Shown here in pieces: positions 38,253-47,552 of a stretch of DNA of 64,000 nt. A program made the position numbers and the translations under genes. The notes under the pieces were generated by a model, which had not been told where the DNA came from, did not search any database, and saw only the letters and a list, made by a program, of their open reading frames with translations. Location of the stretch: the IMG/VR virus record IMGVR_UViG_3300035661_000001, positions 186,001 through 250,000 of that record; one strand, written 5' to 3'. Numbering within the stretch: the first letter of the stretch is position 1; each line of letters opens with the position of its first letter.

Positions 38253-40031
38253 ATGAAAACATTAATAATAGTTGAATCGGGAACAAAAGCAAAAAGTATC
38301 CAAGATATTCTTGGATCAGACTATATAGTAAAAGCTAGCGTGGGTCACATAACAGAATTAGCCAGTGGTGGTTTTCATGGTATGGGAGTAGATGTTGATA
38401 AAGATTTTAAGCCTCATTATGTTTTATCTGATGATAAAGTATCAGTACTAGAAAATTTAATGAATTCTTCTAAAGAATGTGACTCTATTATTATAGCAAG
38501 CGATCCGGATAGAGAAGGCGAAGCTATTGCTTGGCATCTTTCTAAAAGATTAGAAGATATGGGTAAACCGATCAAGAGGATGACCTATGGTAAAATAACT
38601 AAGCCTGCACTTTTAAAATCTTTGAATGAACTTAGAGATGTTGATTTGAATATTTTTCATGCTCAAGAAGCCCGTCGTATTCTGGATCGTTTAGTTGGAT
38701 TTAGTGCTTCCCCATTTTTGATGAATTTTTTCGGACCTAAATTGTCGGCTGGTCGTGTTCAATCAGTTGTAACACGAATGATTATTGATCGTGAGTTAGA
38801 AATAGAAGCGTTTATACCAGAAGAGTTTTATACTATTCAAGTTAATCTCGATAAAAACGGACAAGATCCTTTTACTACAAAATATTCTGGAAGATTAACT
38901 AATGTTAAAACTGCGAAATCTATATATGACAGATTATCAGCAAACGATAAGTATATAGTTACAGATGTGCGGGCTGAGGAAGAAAAAAAAGCAGCGCCTG
39001 CACCATTAATTACTGCTACATTATTACAGGCAATGAGTTCTCTTTATAATCTTGATCCTGAAGAAACCATGAAAGCAGCTCAGTCATTATTTGAAAGTAA
39101 ATACATTTCGTATCATAGAACAGATTCGGTAAGAATCGAAAATGAAACGGCAAAAATGGCTCATGATTGGCTGGATGAAAATAAGATTGATAGACCTAGC
39201 AAACCTAATATTTTTAAAAATGAAAATGAATCACAAGATGCACATGAATGCATTCATCCTTGTGATGTCAATTTTATAGTCGATGATAATAATTACGAAA
39301 TTATAAATAAAAATGAGAGACTAGTTTATAAGACTATATGGCAGTATTTTGTTGCTAGCCAGATGTTGCCAGTAGTATATAATACATTAAAAGTGACCGC
39401 TCATGTGTTGGGTGACAAATCAGCAGAAGTGAAAGCTTCAGGAAAAGCCTTAAAAACTAAAGGTTTTCTTGATATTTTAGGAATCGAAGATAAGAACAAA
39501 ATTGAAATACCTAATTTAGAAGTTGGAGATTTACTTTCTTTATCTGGAAAAATACCAGTTTGTATGGAAAAAAAGCAAACTCAGCCTCCGCCACGCTATT
39601 CAATTAATAAAGTGATGAGTGAGCTTAAGAAAAGAGGTATTGGTAGACCGGCAACATATGCAGATTTATTAAGTAAAATTTCTGCAAGAAATTATGTGGA
39701 AAAGAAAGGTAATGTTTTTCATGCCACAGATTTGGGTAAAAAAATAACTCGTGTTTTATCAGATTATTTTTCATTCATGAATTATGATTATACTGCCAAA
39801 ATGGAGAAATCTTTGGATGAAATTGAGAATGGAAAAGTAAATCATATTGATATGTTAAAAAAGTTTTATCCAGAATTCAAATCTGAATTAGATCGGGCAT
39901 ATCTAAATCATGGAGGCACACTTTGTGATAAGTGTAGTAGTCCAATGACACTAAGAACAACTAAAAATTCAGGAGAAAAATTTTTAGCTTGTAGCGCGTA
40001 TCCGAAATGTAAAAATATTAAATCCATATGA
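38253..40031 (+). CDS. topA: DNA topoisomerase I (type IA)
   Basis: IVES, SVGH, DPDREGE, SAGRVQS, catalytic SYHRTDS, GIGRPATY, C-terminal zinc ribbon. Confidence 0.95.
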   Translation: MKTLIIVESGTKAKSIQDILGSDYIVKASVGHITELASGGFHGMGVDVDKDFKPHYVLSDDKVSVLENLMNSSKECDSIIIASDPDREGEAIAWHLSKRLEDMGKPIKRMTYGKITKPALLKSLNELRDVDLNIFHAQEARRILDRLVGFSASPFLMNFFGPKLSAGRVQSVVTRMIIDRELEIEAFIPEEFYTIQVNLDKNGQDPFTTKYSGRLTNVKTAKSIYDRLSANDKYIVTDVRAEEEKKAAPAPLITATLLQAMSSLYNLDPEETMKAAQSLFESKYISYHRTDSVRIENETAKMAHDWLDENKIDRPSKPNIFKNENESQDAHECIHPCDVNFIVDDNNYEIINKNERLVYKTIWQYFVASQMLPVVYNTLKVTAHVLGDKSAEVKASGKALKTKGFLDILGIEDKNKIEIPNLEVGDLLSLSGKIPVCMEKKQTQPPPRYSINKVMSELKKRGIGRPATYADLLSKISARNYVEKKGNVFHATDLGKKITRVLSDYFSFMNYDYTAKMEKSLDEIENGKVNHIDMLKKFYPEFKSELDRAYLNHGGTLCDKCSSPMTLRTTKNSGEKFLACSAYPKCKNIKSI

Positions 40032-40051
40032 AAGATTCGGTTTTGTAATTA

Positions 40052-41368
40052 ATGAAAATTAAAGAATATAAAGAATTTTTAACGCCAACGTTATTAGAAG
40101 CGCAAGAAACCCTTTCAAAAGAAATTTTGGATTCGTTAACAGAAATATCTGTTCAAGCATTAGGTATTGAGGACCCTAGACCAACTGCCAATTTTATTGA
40201 TTTAATGAAATGGACCGAAGCAAATTTCAAAAAATTCTTAAAAGATCAAGATCATATAAATAGATATGTTCACAATAGAATTATTATTGATGGACAGTTT
40301 TTGAAATTTTGTAATGAAAATTCTGTTACTGTAAAATGTTTGTATAAAGATTCTATTATCTCTTGGAAAACAGACCATGATTTTGAGAAATTTTTTGTAC
40401 AAGGAGTATTTCTTGTCAAAACTAAAAACGTAGAATTTCTTCAGGCAGCCCTTTTTCATAAGGGAAATCAAAATGAAGATGAAGTTAGTTTTTTTACAGT
40501 TGTATCTAATAGTAATTATGAAGAATATCTTAAATTAAGAAATTCATTTGATGAATGGATACAAAAAAGAGATAGAAGTAATTTACATATTAGAGTTGTA
40601 GACGGAGAAGATATTCCGTATACTAAAGATCATACATGGGGCGATCTGTTTTTACCTACAGAAATTAAAACGGAATTACAGGCACTAGTTGAGAATTTCT
40701 TAGCTTCAAAAGAATTCTATAATTCTAATAGAATACCTTGGAAAAGAGGAGTATTATTATACGGTCATCCTGGTAACGGCAAGACATCTATTATTAAAAC
40801 TGTTATGTCGATGTATAATTTTAAACCAGTGACTGTCGTACCCGGAGCACCGGATGAAGCCATTAGAGAAGCTTTTACATACGCTGAAGAACAAAGTCCT
40901 TCCTTACTGTATTTTGAAGATTTAGATTCCATTCTAGAAAAGAATGATGCTTCTTCATTCTTGAATTTAATGGACGGCATTTCTGCGAAGAATGGACTGT
41001 TAGTCATTGCTACGGCTAATGATGTGCGCAAACTAAAATCTAACATTACAGACAGACCATCAAGATTTGATAGAAAATTTGAAATTCCCCAACCAAATCC
41101 AGATATGGCTCATATATACATTAAGAGGTGGTTTGGAAACATGATTACCGCGAGAAAATGTAGAGAGCTTGCAAAAATATCCGTTAAGTCGGGATTTTCG
41201 TATGTTCATTTGAAGGACTTATATATTTCTGCAATGTTTGCTGCTTTATCACAAAACCGTAAAGTTCCAACAGAGAGAGATATAGATAGTGCATTGAATC
41301 GTTTAATCAAGGAAAAAACCCCGTTAACTGGTTCGAAGATTGTAGACACTGACAGATATTTCAAGTAA
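40052..41368 (+). CDS. Classic-clade AAA ATPase
   Basis: RGVLLYGHPGNGKT, FEDLD, second region of homology RPSRFDR. Confidence 0.88.
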   Translation: MKIKEYKEFLTPTLLEAQETLSKEILDSLTEISVQALGIEDPRPTANFIDLMKWTEANFKKFLKDQDHINRYVHNRIIIDGQFLKFCNENSVTVKCLYKDSIISWKTDHDFEKFFVQGVFLVKTKNVEFLQAALFHKGNQNEDEVSFFTVVSNSNYEEYLKLRNSFDEWIQKRDRSNLHIRVVDGEDIPYTKDHTWGDLFLPTEIKTELQALVENFLASKEFYNSNRIPWKRGVLLYGHPGNGKTSIIKTVMSMYNFKPVTVVPGAPDEAIREAFTYAEEQSPSLLYFEDLDSILEKNDASSFLNLMDGISAKNGLLVIATANDVRKLKSNITDRPSRFDRKFEIPQPNPDMAHIYIKRWFGNMITARKCRELAKISVKSGFSYVHLKDLYISAMFAALSQNRKVPTERDIDSALNRLIKEKTPLTGSKIVDTDRYFK

Positions 41369-41387
41369 AAGGTTAAACATAGGTTAG

Positions 41388-41729
41388 TTGATAGTTATGT
41401 CGAAAGATATTTCAAAGAAATTCAAGAAAAATTCATTTAAAAAGGCGTCGAAAGGGGGTGAATCCGTAAGCCAGGACTCTCATTCCAATGAAGCTGTATT
41501 AGCACAACCATTGGAGGTCAAAGTCTATAACAATAACTTTGATAAAGCTCTTAGAGCTTTTAGAGCTTTAGTACAAAAAGAAAGAATCTTATCTGTATAT
41601 AAAGAAAAACAGGCATACGAAAAACCTTCACAAAGAAGACGTCGTAAGAAGAATGAAGCGAAACGAAAAATTTTAGAACTACAGTCCGATAGGTCTAAAG
41701 TTAAGAGGTCAGAATCCTCTGAAAAATAA
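41388..41729 (+). CDS. rpsU: Ribosomal protein bS21 with N-terminal extension
   Basis: EVKVYNNNFDKALRAF...YEKPSQRRRRK. Confidence 0.88.
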   Translation: MIVMSKDISKKFKKNSFKKASKGGESVSQDSHSNEAVLAQPLEVKVYNNNFDKALRAFRALVQKERILSVYKEKQAYEKPSQRRRRKKNEAKRKILELQSDRSKVKRSESSEK

Positions 41730-41740
41730 ATAAGGTTCAC

Positions 41741-42451
41741 ATGTCTAATAGAAATGTTAAGTTGTATAAAAATCCGGATAGAGAAAAACCAGAAACTATG
41801 AAACGATACGTTCCACAGTACCAGTTAATGGGTGTGGAGCCTGAAGAATATCATAGTTCTGCAGTACCTTCTGGTACTCAAATATCAAAGAATGCTTCTC
41901 AACTACCACCGACAAATCCGCGGGCGCCACGCTTGCCAGTTAGACAACCTTATGCGGTCACGGTCTCTTCCCCTGTCGGTAGGGGAAGAGGTCCAGTTCC
42001 TAATATAGGGAACAGTTTAGAACATACTTGGTCGTCTGTTGATGGAGAAATTATTGATGATGTTTCTAATCAATTTGATGAACAAGATATGATCGATAAT
42101 AATGATTTTGTAACTGAATCGGCATTAGGTCTTGATATGGAAGACAATGTTGACTTGTCTCTGGGACAAGGGCAGTCTTTTATGACTGAAAAAGAATTAA
42201 AAAATGCTCTTAATCAAGAGCACGTTTCCAATGTAGAAACAGCATTGTCAGGATATAAATTCTCAGATGATGAAGTTATTTTGATGATTAAAAATGTTGT
42301 TTTTGCAATTGGTGACATGACTATTATAGAAAAAACTGTTAGAGAATTAATTTTTGGCGAGCACCCAATGTGTGCTGGTACTCCAATATTAGTGGAAGAT
42401 CTATTAGTTTTTAAAAACGTACCAATCAAAATTGGCGTCTTTTTAGGATAA
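41741..42451 (+). CDS. Hypothetical protein
   Basis: ORF track. Confidence 0.6.
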   Translation: MSNRNVKLYKNPDREKPETMKRYVPQYQLMGVEPEEYHSSAVPSGTQISKNASQLPPTNPRAPRLPVRQPYAVTVSSPVGRGRGPVPNIGNSLEHTWSSVDGEIIDDVSNQFDEQDMIDNNDFVTESALGLDMEDNVDLSLGQGQSFMTEKELKNALNQEHVSNVETALSGYKFSDDEVILMIKNVVFAIGDMTIIEKTVRELIFGEHPMCAGTPILVEDLLVFKNVPIKIGVFLG

Positions 42452-42461
42452 GGAATTCTGC

Positions 42462-43223
42462 ATGGAAAATGGACCAAGAAAAGCAACAGATGTAATTTTG
42501 GATATGGAGTCTAAAATTGATATTCTAATAAATCTTGTTAGAACACAAGATTTGAATATTAAAATATTAACTAATAAGTTAAACGTTTTAAATGAGAAGT
42601 TAGATAAACCAATTTCCGCTCCTCAATCTATTAGAATAGAAGCTGTTGATACGACGCCCATCGCTGTAGAAAATAAACAAGTCCAGGTTTCTCCGGAAAA
42701 TGCTATTTCTATGGAGAAGGAGCCTAAAGGATTTAGACGTACCTCTCGTCCTGAAACATATGCAGGAGATAATTCGTATTTAAAACCTCCCGCAAAAAAT
42801 CAAGAGAATACAAATTCTGCCAAATACCCGATGCAGATGCCAAAACATTTTGAACCAGAAGTAATTGTTCCGCAACAAGCATTAAAGCCAATAGAAATTA
42901 ACACTAACAATTCTGTGAAAGAAACACAGAAAATGTCGGGAGCTAATAATATTTCGGTAATACAAAGAATTGTTGATAAAAATGGAAAATCCGTATTCCT
43001 TGCAGATGTAGAAATCTTAACTTTAGAAGACAAACAAACAGTAACTAAAACTAGAACTAATGGTGCTGGTAAATGGATGGCTTCTTTGCCAATGGGCGAG
43101 TATAAAGTTTTCATTAGAAAAAAAGAAGCAGTTAATAAAGATAAAATGGAAGTCATTCAAGAAATTAAAGTTGATGGAACTAAATCTCAAGTAGAATTAC
43201 CGACCGCTATTATTAAAACTTAA
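42462..43223 (+). CDS. Hypothetical protein with C-terminal prealbumin/carboxypeptidase-regulatory-like beta domain
   Basis: KTRTNGAGKW...LPMGEY.V; N-terminal coiled coil. Confidence 0.5.
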   Translation: MENGPRKATDVILDMESKIDILINLVRTQDLNIKILTNKLNVLNEKLDKPISAPQSIRIEAVDTTPIAVENKQVQVSPENAISMEKEPKGFRRTSRPETYAGDNSYLKPPAKNQENTNSAKYPMQMPKHFEPEVIVPQQALKPIEINTNNSVKETQKMSGANNISVIQRIVDKNGKSVFLADVEILTLEDKQTVTKTRTNGAGKWMASLPMGEYKVFIRKKEAVNKDKMEVIQEIKVDGTKSQVELPTAIIKT

Positions 43224-43240
43224 TAAAATAAATATTCAAA

Positions 43241-43966
43241 ATGAAAAAATTTCAGGTTATTGTTGCAGACCCGCCTTGGGTTTTTTTTGATAAAATAGAT
43301 ATGATTACTACTCCAAGAGGAGCGGCGGCTAATTATAAGACTATGTCTATTTCAGATATTAAAAATTTATCCATATCTGAAATAACAGATCCAAATGGAA
43401 CTGTGTTAGCTCTTTGGGTCCCATCCTCCCTATTACAAGAAGGTTTAGACACCATGTCATCGTGGGGTTTTAAACATAAACAAACTTATGTTTGGGTAAA
43501 AACAAAAAAAGATCCTTTTGTTAAACTTGTAAGCTCTTTTGGTAAAAACGTATTACAATATTGTAAAGACAATGGTTGGAATGCTTTTTTGAAACATAAA
43601 ACTCCAGGAAATATAAGAAAAATTCTGTCGGACACTGCAAAATCATTTACTCTGAATGATTCATTGGCATTTGGTATGGGAAGATTATTTCGGCAAACAC
43701 ATGAGATTTGTTTGATTGGAACAAGTAATAATAAAATTTATAAAAAAATAAATAATAAATCTCAAAGATCTGTTTCATTTGCCGAAAACTTAAAACACTC
43801 AGCTAAACCTGAATTTTTACAAAATTCTTTAGATTTGATGTTTCCTAATGAAAATAGATTAGAAATTTTTGCTCGTAGACAACGTCCAGGTTGGATTTGT
43901 TTAGGCAACGAAGTATGTGATGGAGAAGATATTCGTGACTCCATTAAAAGAATTCAATTATTATAA
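43241..43966 (+). CDS. MT-A70-family adenine methyltransferase
   Basis: VIVADPPW, LALWV, HSAKP, LEIFAR. Confidence 0.9.
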   Translation: MKKFQVIVADPPWVFFDKIDMITTPRGAAANYKTMSISDIKNLSISEITDPNGTVLALWVPSSLLQEGLDTMSSWGFKHKQTYVWVKTKKDPFVKLVSSFGKNVLQYCKDNGWNAFLKHKTPGNIRKILSDTAKSFTLNDSLAFGMGRLFRQTHEICLIGTSNNKIYKKINNKSQRSVSFAENLKHSAKPEFLQNSLDLMFPNENRLEIFARRQRPGWICLGNEVCDGEDIRDSIKRIQLL

Positions 43967-43995
43967 AGGCTGAAAACATGTCGTAGATAAAATCT

Positions 43996-44028
43996 TCACA
44001 TTTTTTCTTACATTTGGAGGATATGTGA
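43996..44028 (+). promoter_or_regulatory. Hairpin sequestering the GGAGG SD of an HNH gene
   Basis: 43996-44008 pairs with 44016-44028 (12 of 13 positions including G-U). Confidence 0.5.
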
Positions 44029-44031
44029 CTT

Positions 44032-44550
44032 ATGTCAAAGAAAACATTATTATTGAGTGCCAGATATGAAGTAATTTCATTTATTCCAGAAAGAAAAGTT
44101 TACAAATTACTTTTTAGTCCAAAAGACAAAGTAGAGGTAATTTCTTCCTGGGATGATGATATCATTTGGACAAATGGCATGATAAAGCATCCCTCTATTT
44201 TAAGATTAAAGAATCATGTTAAGAGAAATTTTTTCAATTCTAATTTTAGTAGAAAAGCTTTAGTTAAAAGAGATAAAAGTACTTGTCAATATTGTAGTAG
44301 AAAATTGTCCGCATCTCAAATTACTATTGATCATGTTGTTCCAAAAGCACAAAGAGGTGGAACTACTTTTACAAATTGTGTAATTTCATGTCAAATTTGT
44401 AACGGAAAAAAAGCGGATAGGACTCCTGATCAGGCGGGAATGATTTTGTTGAAAAAACCAACACATCCATCTTTTGCGGCACAACATTACTTAGCAGACC
44501 CTCAAGAATACTGGCATAATGATTGGGACGATTATCTAAGAAATTATTGA
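44032..44550 (+). CDS. HNH endonuclease (McrA-like)
   Basis: RDKSTCQYC, TIDHVVPK..GG.T..TNCV.SC..CN..K. Confidence 0.9.
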   Translation: MSKKTLLLSARYEVISFIPERKVYKLLFSPKDKVEVISSWDDDIIWTNGMIKHPSILRLKNHVKRNFFNSNFSRKALVKRDKSTCQYCSRKLSASQITIDHVVPKAQRGGTTFTNCVISCQICNGKKADRTPDQAGMILLKKPTHPSFAAQHYLADPQEYWHNDWDDYLRNY

Positions 44551-44648
44551 AATTGAGAAGATGACAAAATCATATGATTTTGTCATCTTTTTATCATGGT
44601 ATATTTAGGAATAGACTATATAATGTCTTTAGACATATAGGTGGTACC

Positions 44649-44903
44649 ATGATCCAACAAGCAAGTTACAATTGTATAGTTTGTGCTAACGAATTTGATG
44701 AAAGCTCGGATGAATTGCATTCTGTTGCAAATGCCAAGCTTAATGTAAGCAAATTTAGAATTTGCCAGGCTTGTTTGGATAATTCTGACCCAGCCGACGA
44801 TTATCGTGAAGCACGTAGTATTATAAATTCTTATTTAAAAATTTCAGAAGCTAAAATAGCTTTTTCAGAAGTTAAAAACATTTTGTCAGGAATAAAAAAG
44901 TAA
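44649..44903 (+). CDS. Hypothetical protein
   Basis: AGGTGG SD before ATG 44649; CIVC and CQAC. Confidence 0.55.
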   Translation: MIQQASYNCIVCANEFDESSDELHSVANAKLNVSKFRICQACLDNSDPADDYREARSIINSYLKISEAKIAFSEVKNILSGIKK

Positions 44904-44905
44904 GA

Positions 44906-45058
44906 TTATAAAATATCAAGTATTGCTACTCGTTCTTCCTCTTCCTCATCTTTTTTCTTGTAAGTTTTATTTGGCATATCTTCAATATACAAACTGATTT
45001 GTTCAAAAACTTCTGATTTGGGTTGTTGATAAATGAACGGAAAAAATAAATCATCCAT
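44906..45058 (-). CDS. Small acidic protein (50 aa, not in ORF track)
   Basis: MDDLFFPFIYQQPK...EEEEERVAILDIL fills the gap on the minus strand. Confidence 0.55.
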   Translation of the reverse strand: MDDLFFPFIYQQPKSEVFEQISLYIEDMPNKTYKKKDEEEEERVAILDIL

Positions 45059-45088
45059 ATAGATGTGTGATATTATTGGCATATAAAT

Positions 45089-45283
45089 ATGATTTGTAAT
45101 AATTGTTCTAATTTAGTCTTTTTAAATACGAGTAAAGCGTGCGTTAAATGTCGAGGCGAGGTACTTAATAATTTATCAGTGATATGTGATGGCTGTTCAA
45201 ATAGCGCAAAACAATGCGCAGTATGTCTAAAGAAAATTTTACCACTCAAACAATCCAAAGGCTGCAATTGCGGCAATAAATAA
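45089..45283 (+). CDS. Small Cys-rich zinc-binding protein with CRIPT-like Cys spacing
   Basis: MxCxxC...CxxC-x11-CxxC-x6-CxxC-x-KK[IV]L. Confidence 0.6.
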   Translation: MICNNCSNLVFLNTSKACVKCRGEVLNNLSVICDGCSNSAKQCAVCLKKILPLKQSKGCNCGNK

Positions 45284-45285
45284 TC

Positions 45286-45807
45286 ATGATCATAAAAAAT
45301 AATGAAGAGCTTTTAAGGGTCAAATGTGAAGACGTTCTTCCCGAAGAAGTTGGAGAATTAGTATTGGTTTTAGAAAAAGAACTAGAACAATCTGGAAAAT
45401 TAGGCGTCCCTGGAATAGGTCTGGCAGCACCACAAATAGGAATAGCTAAAAATATTGCCATAGTGAGATTAGGTAATATTAATTTTGATTTAGTAAATGC
45501 GAAGATATATAAAGGATATGACCAAACAATTTTTAGACAAGAAGGCTGTTTATCATTTCCCGGAAGAATTGAAGATACATTAAGATATCAAGAAGTACAT
45601 ATAACTAATAATTTAGTTTATCCTCACAGTATGATTGCAGCTGGATTAGTAGCTGTATGTTGCCAACATGAAATTGATCATTTGAATAGTTCATTATTTA
45701 TGGATCATGCTGTACCCAAACCTCCAATCAAGAAAAACAAAATTGGACCGAATGATCCATGTGTATGTGGATCAAATAAAAAATACAAAAAATGTTGCCA
45801 AAAATGA
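45286..45807 (+). CDS. def: Peptide deformylase with C-terminal SEC-C motif
   Basis: GIGLAAPQIG, EGCLS, HEIDH; GPNDPCVCGSNKKYKKCC. Confidence 0.93.
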   Translation: MIIKNNEELLRVKCEDVLPEEVGELVLVLEKELEQSGKLGVPGIGLAAPQIGIAKNIAIVRLGNINFDLVNAKIYKGYDQTIFRQEGCLSFPGRIEDTLRYQEVHITNNLVYPHSMIAAGLVAVCCQHEIDHLNSSLFMDHAVPKPPIKKNKIGPNDPCVCGSNKKYKKCCQK

Positions 45808-46013
45808 ATTGTAATCACGATAATAGATTTATTAGTAATACTGAGAATTATTATCCAGTAGGATTTATTAAAGATATCTGCTGTACACAATGTTTTAAAA
45901 TAGTTGGAACTCAGTACTATGATAATGAAATGAAATTAATTCATGAGGAAGGGTTAGATTGCAATTACATTGTTAAACCTGTTAATAAAATAATATTTCC
46001 AAAATTTCTTTAA
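45804..46013 (+). CDS. Small hypothetical protein
   Basis: ORF track; ATG overlapping the def stop. Confidence 0.45.
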   Translation: MNCNHDNRFISNTENYYPVGFIKDICCTQCFKIVGTQYYDNEMKLIHEEGLDCNYIVKPVNKIIFPKFL

Positions 46014-46028
46014 GATATATAGGGTTCT

Positions 46029-46223
46029 ATGAATAAAGAACAAGCCGAAAAAATAACTAATGATGTATTGATCGCTGACGCTTTAATTAGAATTAAAGCA
46101 TTAGAAACCCTTTTGATTTCTAAAGGTATATTAACAGCTGCTGAATTTGAAGCTCAATGTAAAGATATCACTGAAATATTATCTTTATCTATTTTAGAAA
46201 AAGCCGGAATAACAGGCAGTTAA
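46029..46223 (+). CDS. Hypothetical protein
   Basis: ORF track. Confidence 0.55.
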   Translation: MNKEQAEKITNDVLIADALIRIKALETLLISKGILTAAEFEAQCKDITEILSLSILEKAGITGS

Positions 46224-46224
46224 A

Positions 46225-46545
46225 ATGATTTTTTTGAGTCGAGAAAACGAATTAATTTTATCAGGATCCCAGTCTTTATATTTTTATGCTTCTTGGATGC
46301 CTTATCATAAGAGAATGATCTCTATGATAGGTAAAATGGAGCAAAAATATAAAGATCTGGGATTTTTTGCTATTGATACTGATTATTTTAAGACTTTTTG
46401 TAAAAGATTCGATATTACTTCTATCCCAACAATTATAATTTTTAAGGATGGAAAAGAATTAAAAAGAATTGAAGGGTTGATTTTAACCAGTGCCCTGAAG
46501 GTCGCATTTGCTGATATATGTGATTCTATAGGAGAACCCAAATGA
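46225..46545 (+). CDS. Thioredoxin-fold protein lacking CxxC
   Basis: FYASWMPYH replaces F.A.WCGPC; FDITSIPT...FKDGKE. Confidence 0.75.
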   Translation: MIFLSRENELILSGSQSLYFYASWMPYHKRMISMIGKMEQKYKDLGFFAIDTDYFKTFCKRFDITSIPTIIIFKDGKELKRIEGLILTSALKVAFADICDSIGEPK

Positions 46546-46868
46546 GTAAAAATAAACCTATCGTTCCAGTATCTGCCCGTGAAGAACTTGCCTCTGTGAC
46601 ATCAGAGATTCAAGATGCAAAAGAAAAAACATTGACCCAAAAAATATGGGATGACATACGTAATGTAAAATTAAATATGTTCTCATTAAACAATCAATTT
46701 GTACACGGCTATTACAAGCCTTTATTCGTAGAACCTAATAGATTATACTTAGTTGGTGCAACTACTGCTACAGCTGCCCTGCCAGCTTTGGAAGAAGCGA
46801 TATCTCCAAGGTATCAGGTAGAACAAGCTGAAAGATTTGTAATTGTTTCACTAGCTCCAGTTAAATAA
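46542..46868 (+). CDS. Hypothetical protein
   Basis: ORF track. Confidence 0.6.
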   Translation: MSKNKPIVPVSAREELASVTSEIQDAKEKTLTQKIWDDIRNVKLNMFSLNNQFVHGYYKPLFVEPNRLYLVGATTATAALPALEEAISPRYQVEQAERFVIVSLAPVK

Positions 46869-46877
46869 GGAGATCAT

Positions 46878-47369
46878 ATGCCATTTGAAGATGAATATGA
46901 TGATTTACCAGAAAAGCCAAAAGCTAGTCTTAAAACTATAAGTTCTCAAAAATCTATTTTTGAGAACACACCTAAGAAACCTTCTCAAGAAGAGATTGAT
47001 AAGAAGGCTCATGCGATTCATGATAGAGGTAGTTCGTATAAAATGCGAGCAGCGGAATTAGCTTTACAATTTAATAAGGCGATAGCTGATAAAACTTTGA
47101 AAGCTAATAAAACAATTTTTTCTGCAGAAATTGAGCAAGAGCTTTTAACTAAAATGATTGGATTGGCTATTGAGATAAATGCAGATCCTCTTGAACAAGA
47201 GGATATGGGATCATTAAGCTGGATAACCCTTTTATTGAGAACTTGTTTTTCACAAAGAGATAAAATAAATTATTTAGAATATGCTATTTCGCAAATAGAT
47301 AAAAAAATAGAATCTGCTGTATCTTTGGAAATTAATAGGTCTCTTGACAAATTAAAGCCTCGTGAGTAA
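46878..47369 (+). CDS. Hypothetical protein
   Basis: AAGGAG SD; ORF track. Confidence 0.65.
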   Translation: MPFEDEYDDLPEKPKASLKTISSQKSIFENTPKKPSQEEIDKKAHAIHDRGSSYKMRAAELALQFNKAIADKTLKANKTIFSAEIEQELLTKMIGLAIEINADPLEQEDMGSLSWITLLLRTCFSQRDKINYLEYAISQIDKKIESAVSLEINRSLDKLKPRE

Positions 47370-47372
47370 AGT
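47344..47372 (+). promoter_or_regulatory. Possible sigma70-type promoter
   Basis: TTGACA-17 nt-TAAAGT. Confidence 0.4.
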
Positions 47373-47552
47373 ATGATTACTCGGGAAACATTACTTTCTC
47401 TAATCTCCGAAGAAAAAGAGAAATTTAGCCAGTACTCACAACTATGTACAAATTATCAGATAGCCTTGGATCCGTTGGCGATAGCGAAGTATCAAGGTAT
47501 TATGGAGACTCTACAGAAGTTACTACAGGAAAAAAATATTACCAAGATTTAA
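47373..47552 (+). CDS. Small helical ORF (59 aa) overlapping the primase zinc-finger ORF in another frame
   Basis: MITRETLLSLISEEKEKF...LLQEKNITKI; not in ORF track. Confidence 0.45.
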   Translation: MITRETLLSLISEEKEKFSQYSQLCTNYQIALDPLAIAKYQGIMETLQKLLQEKNITKI

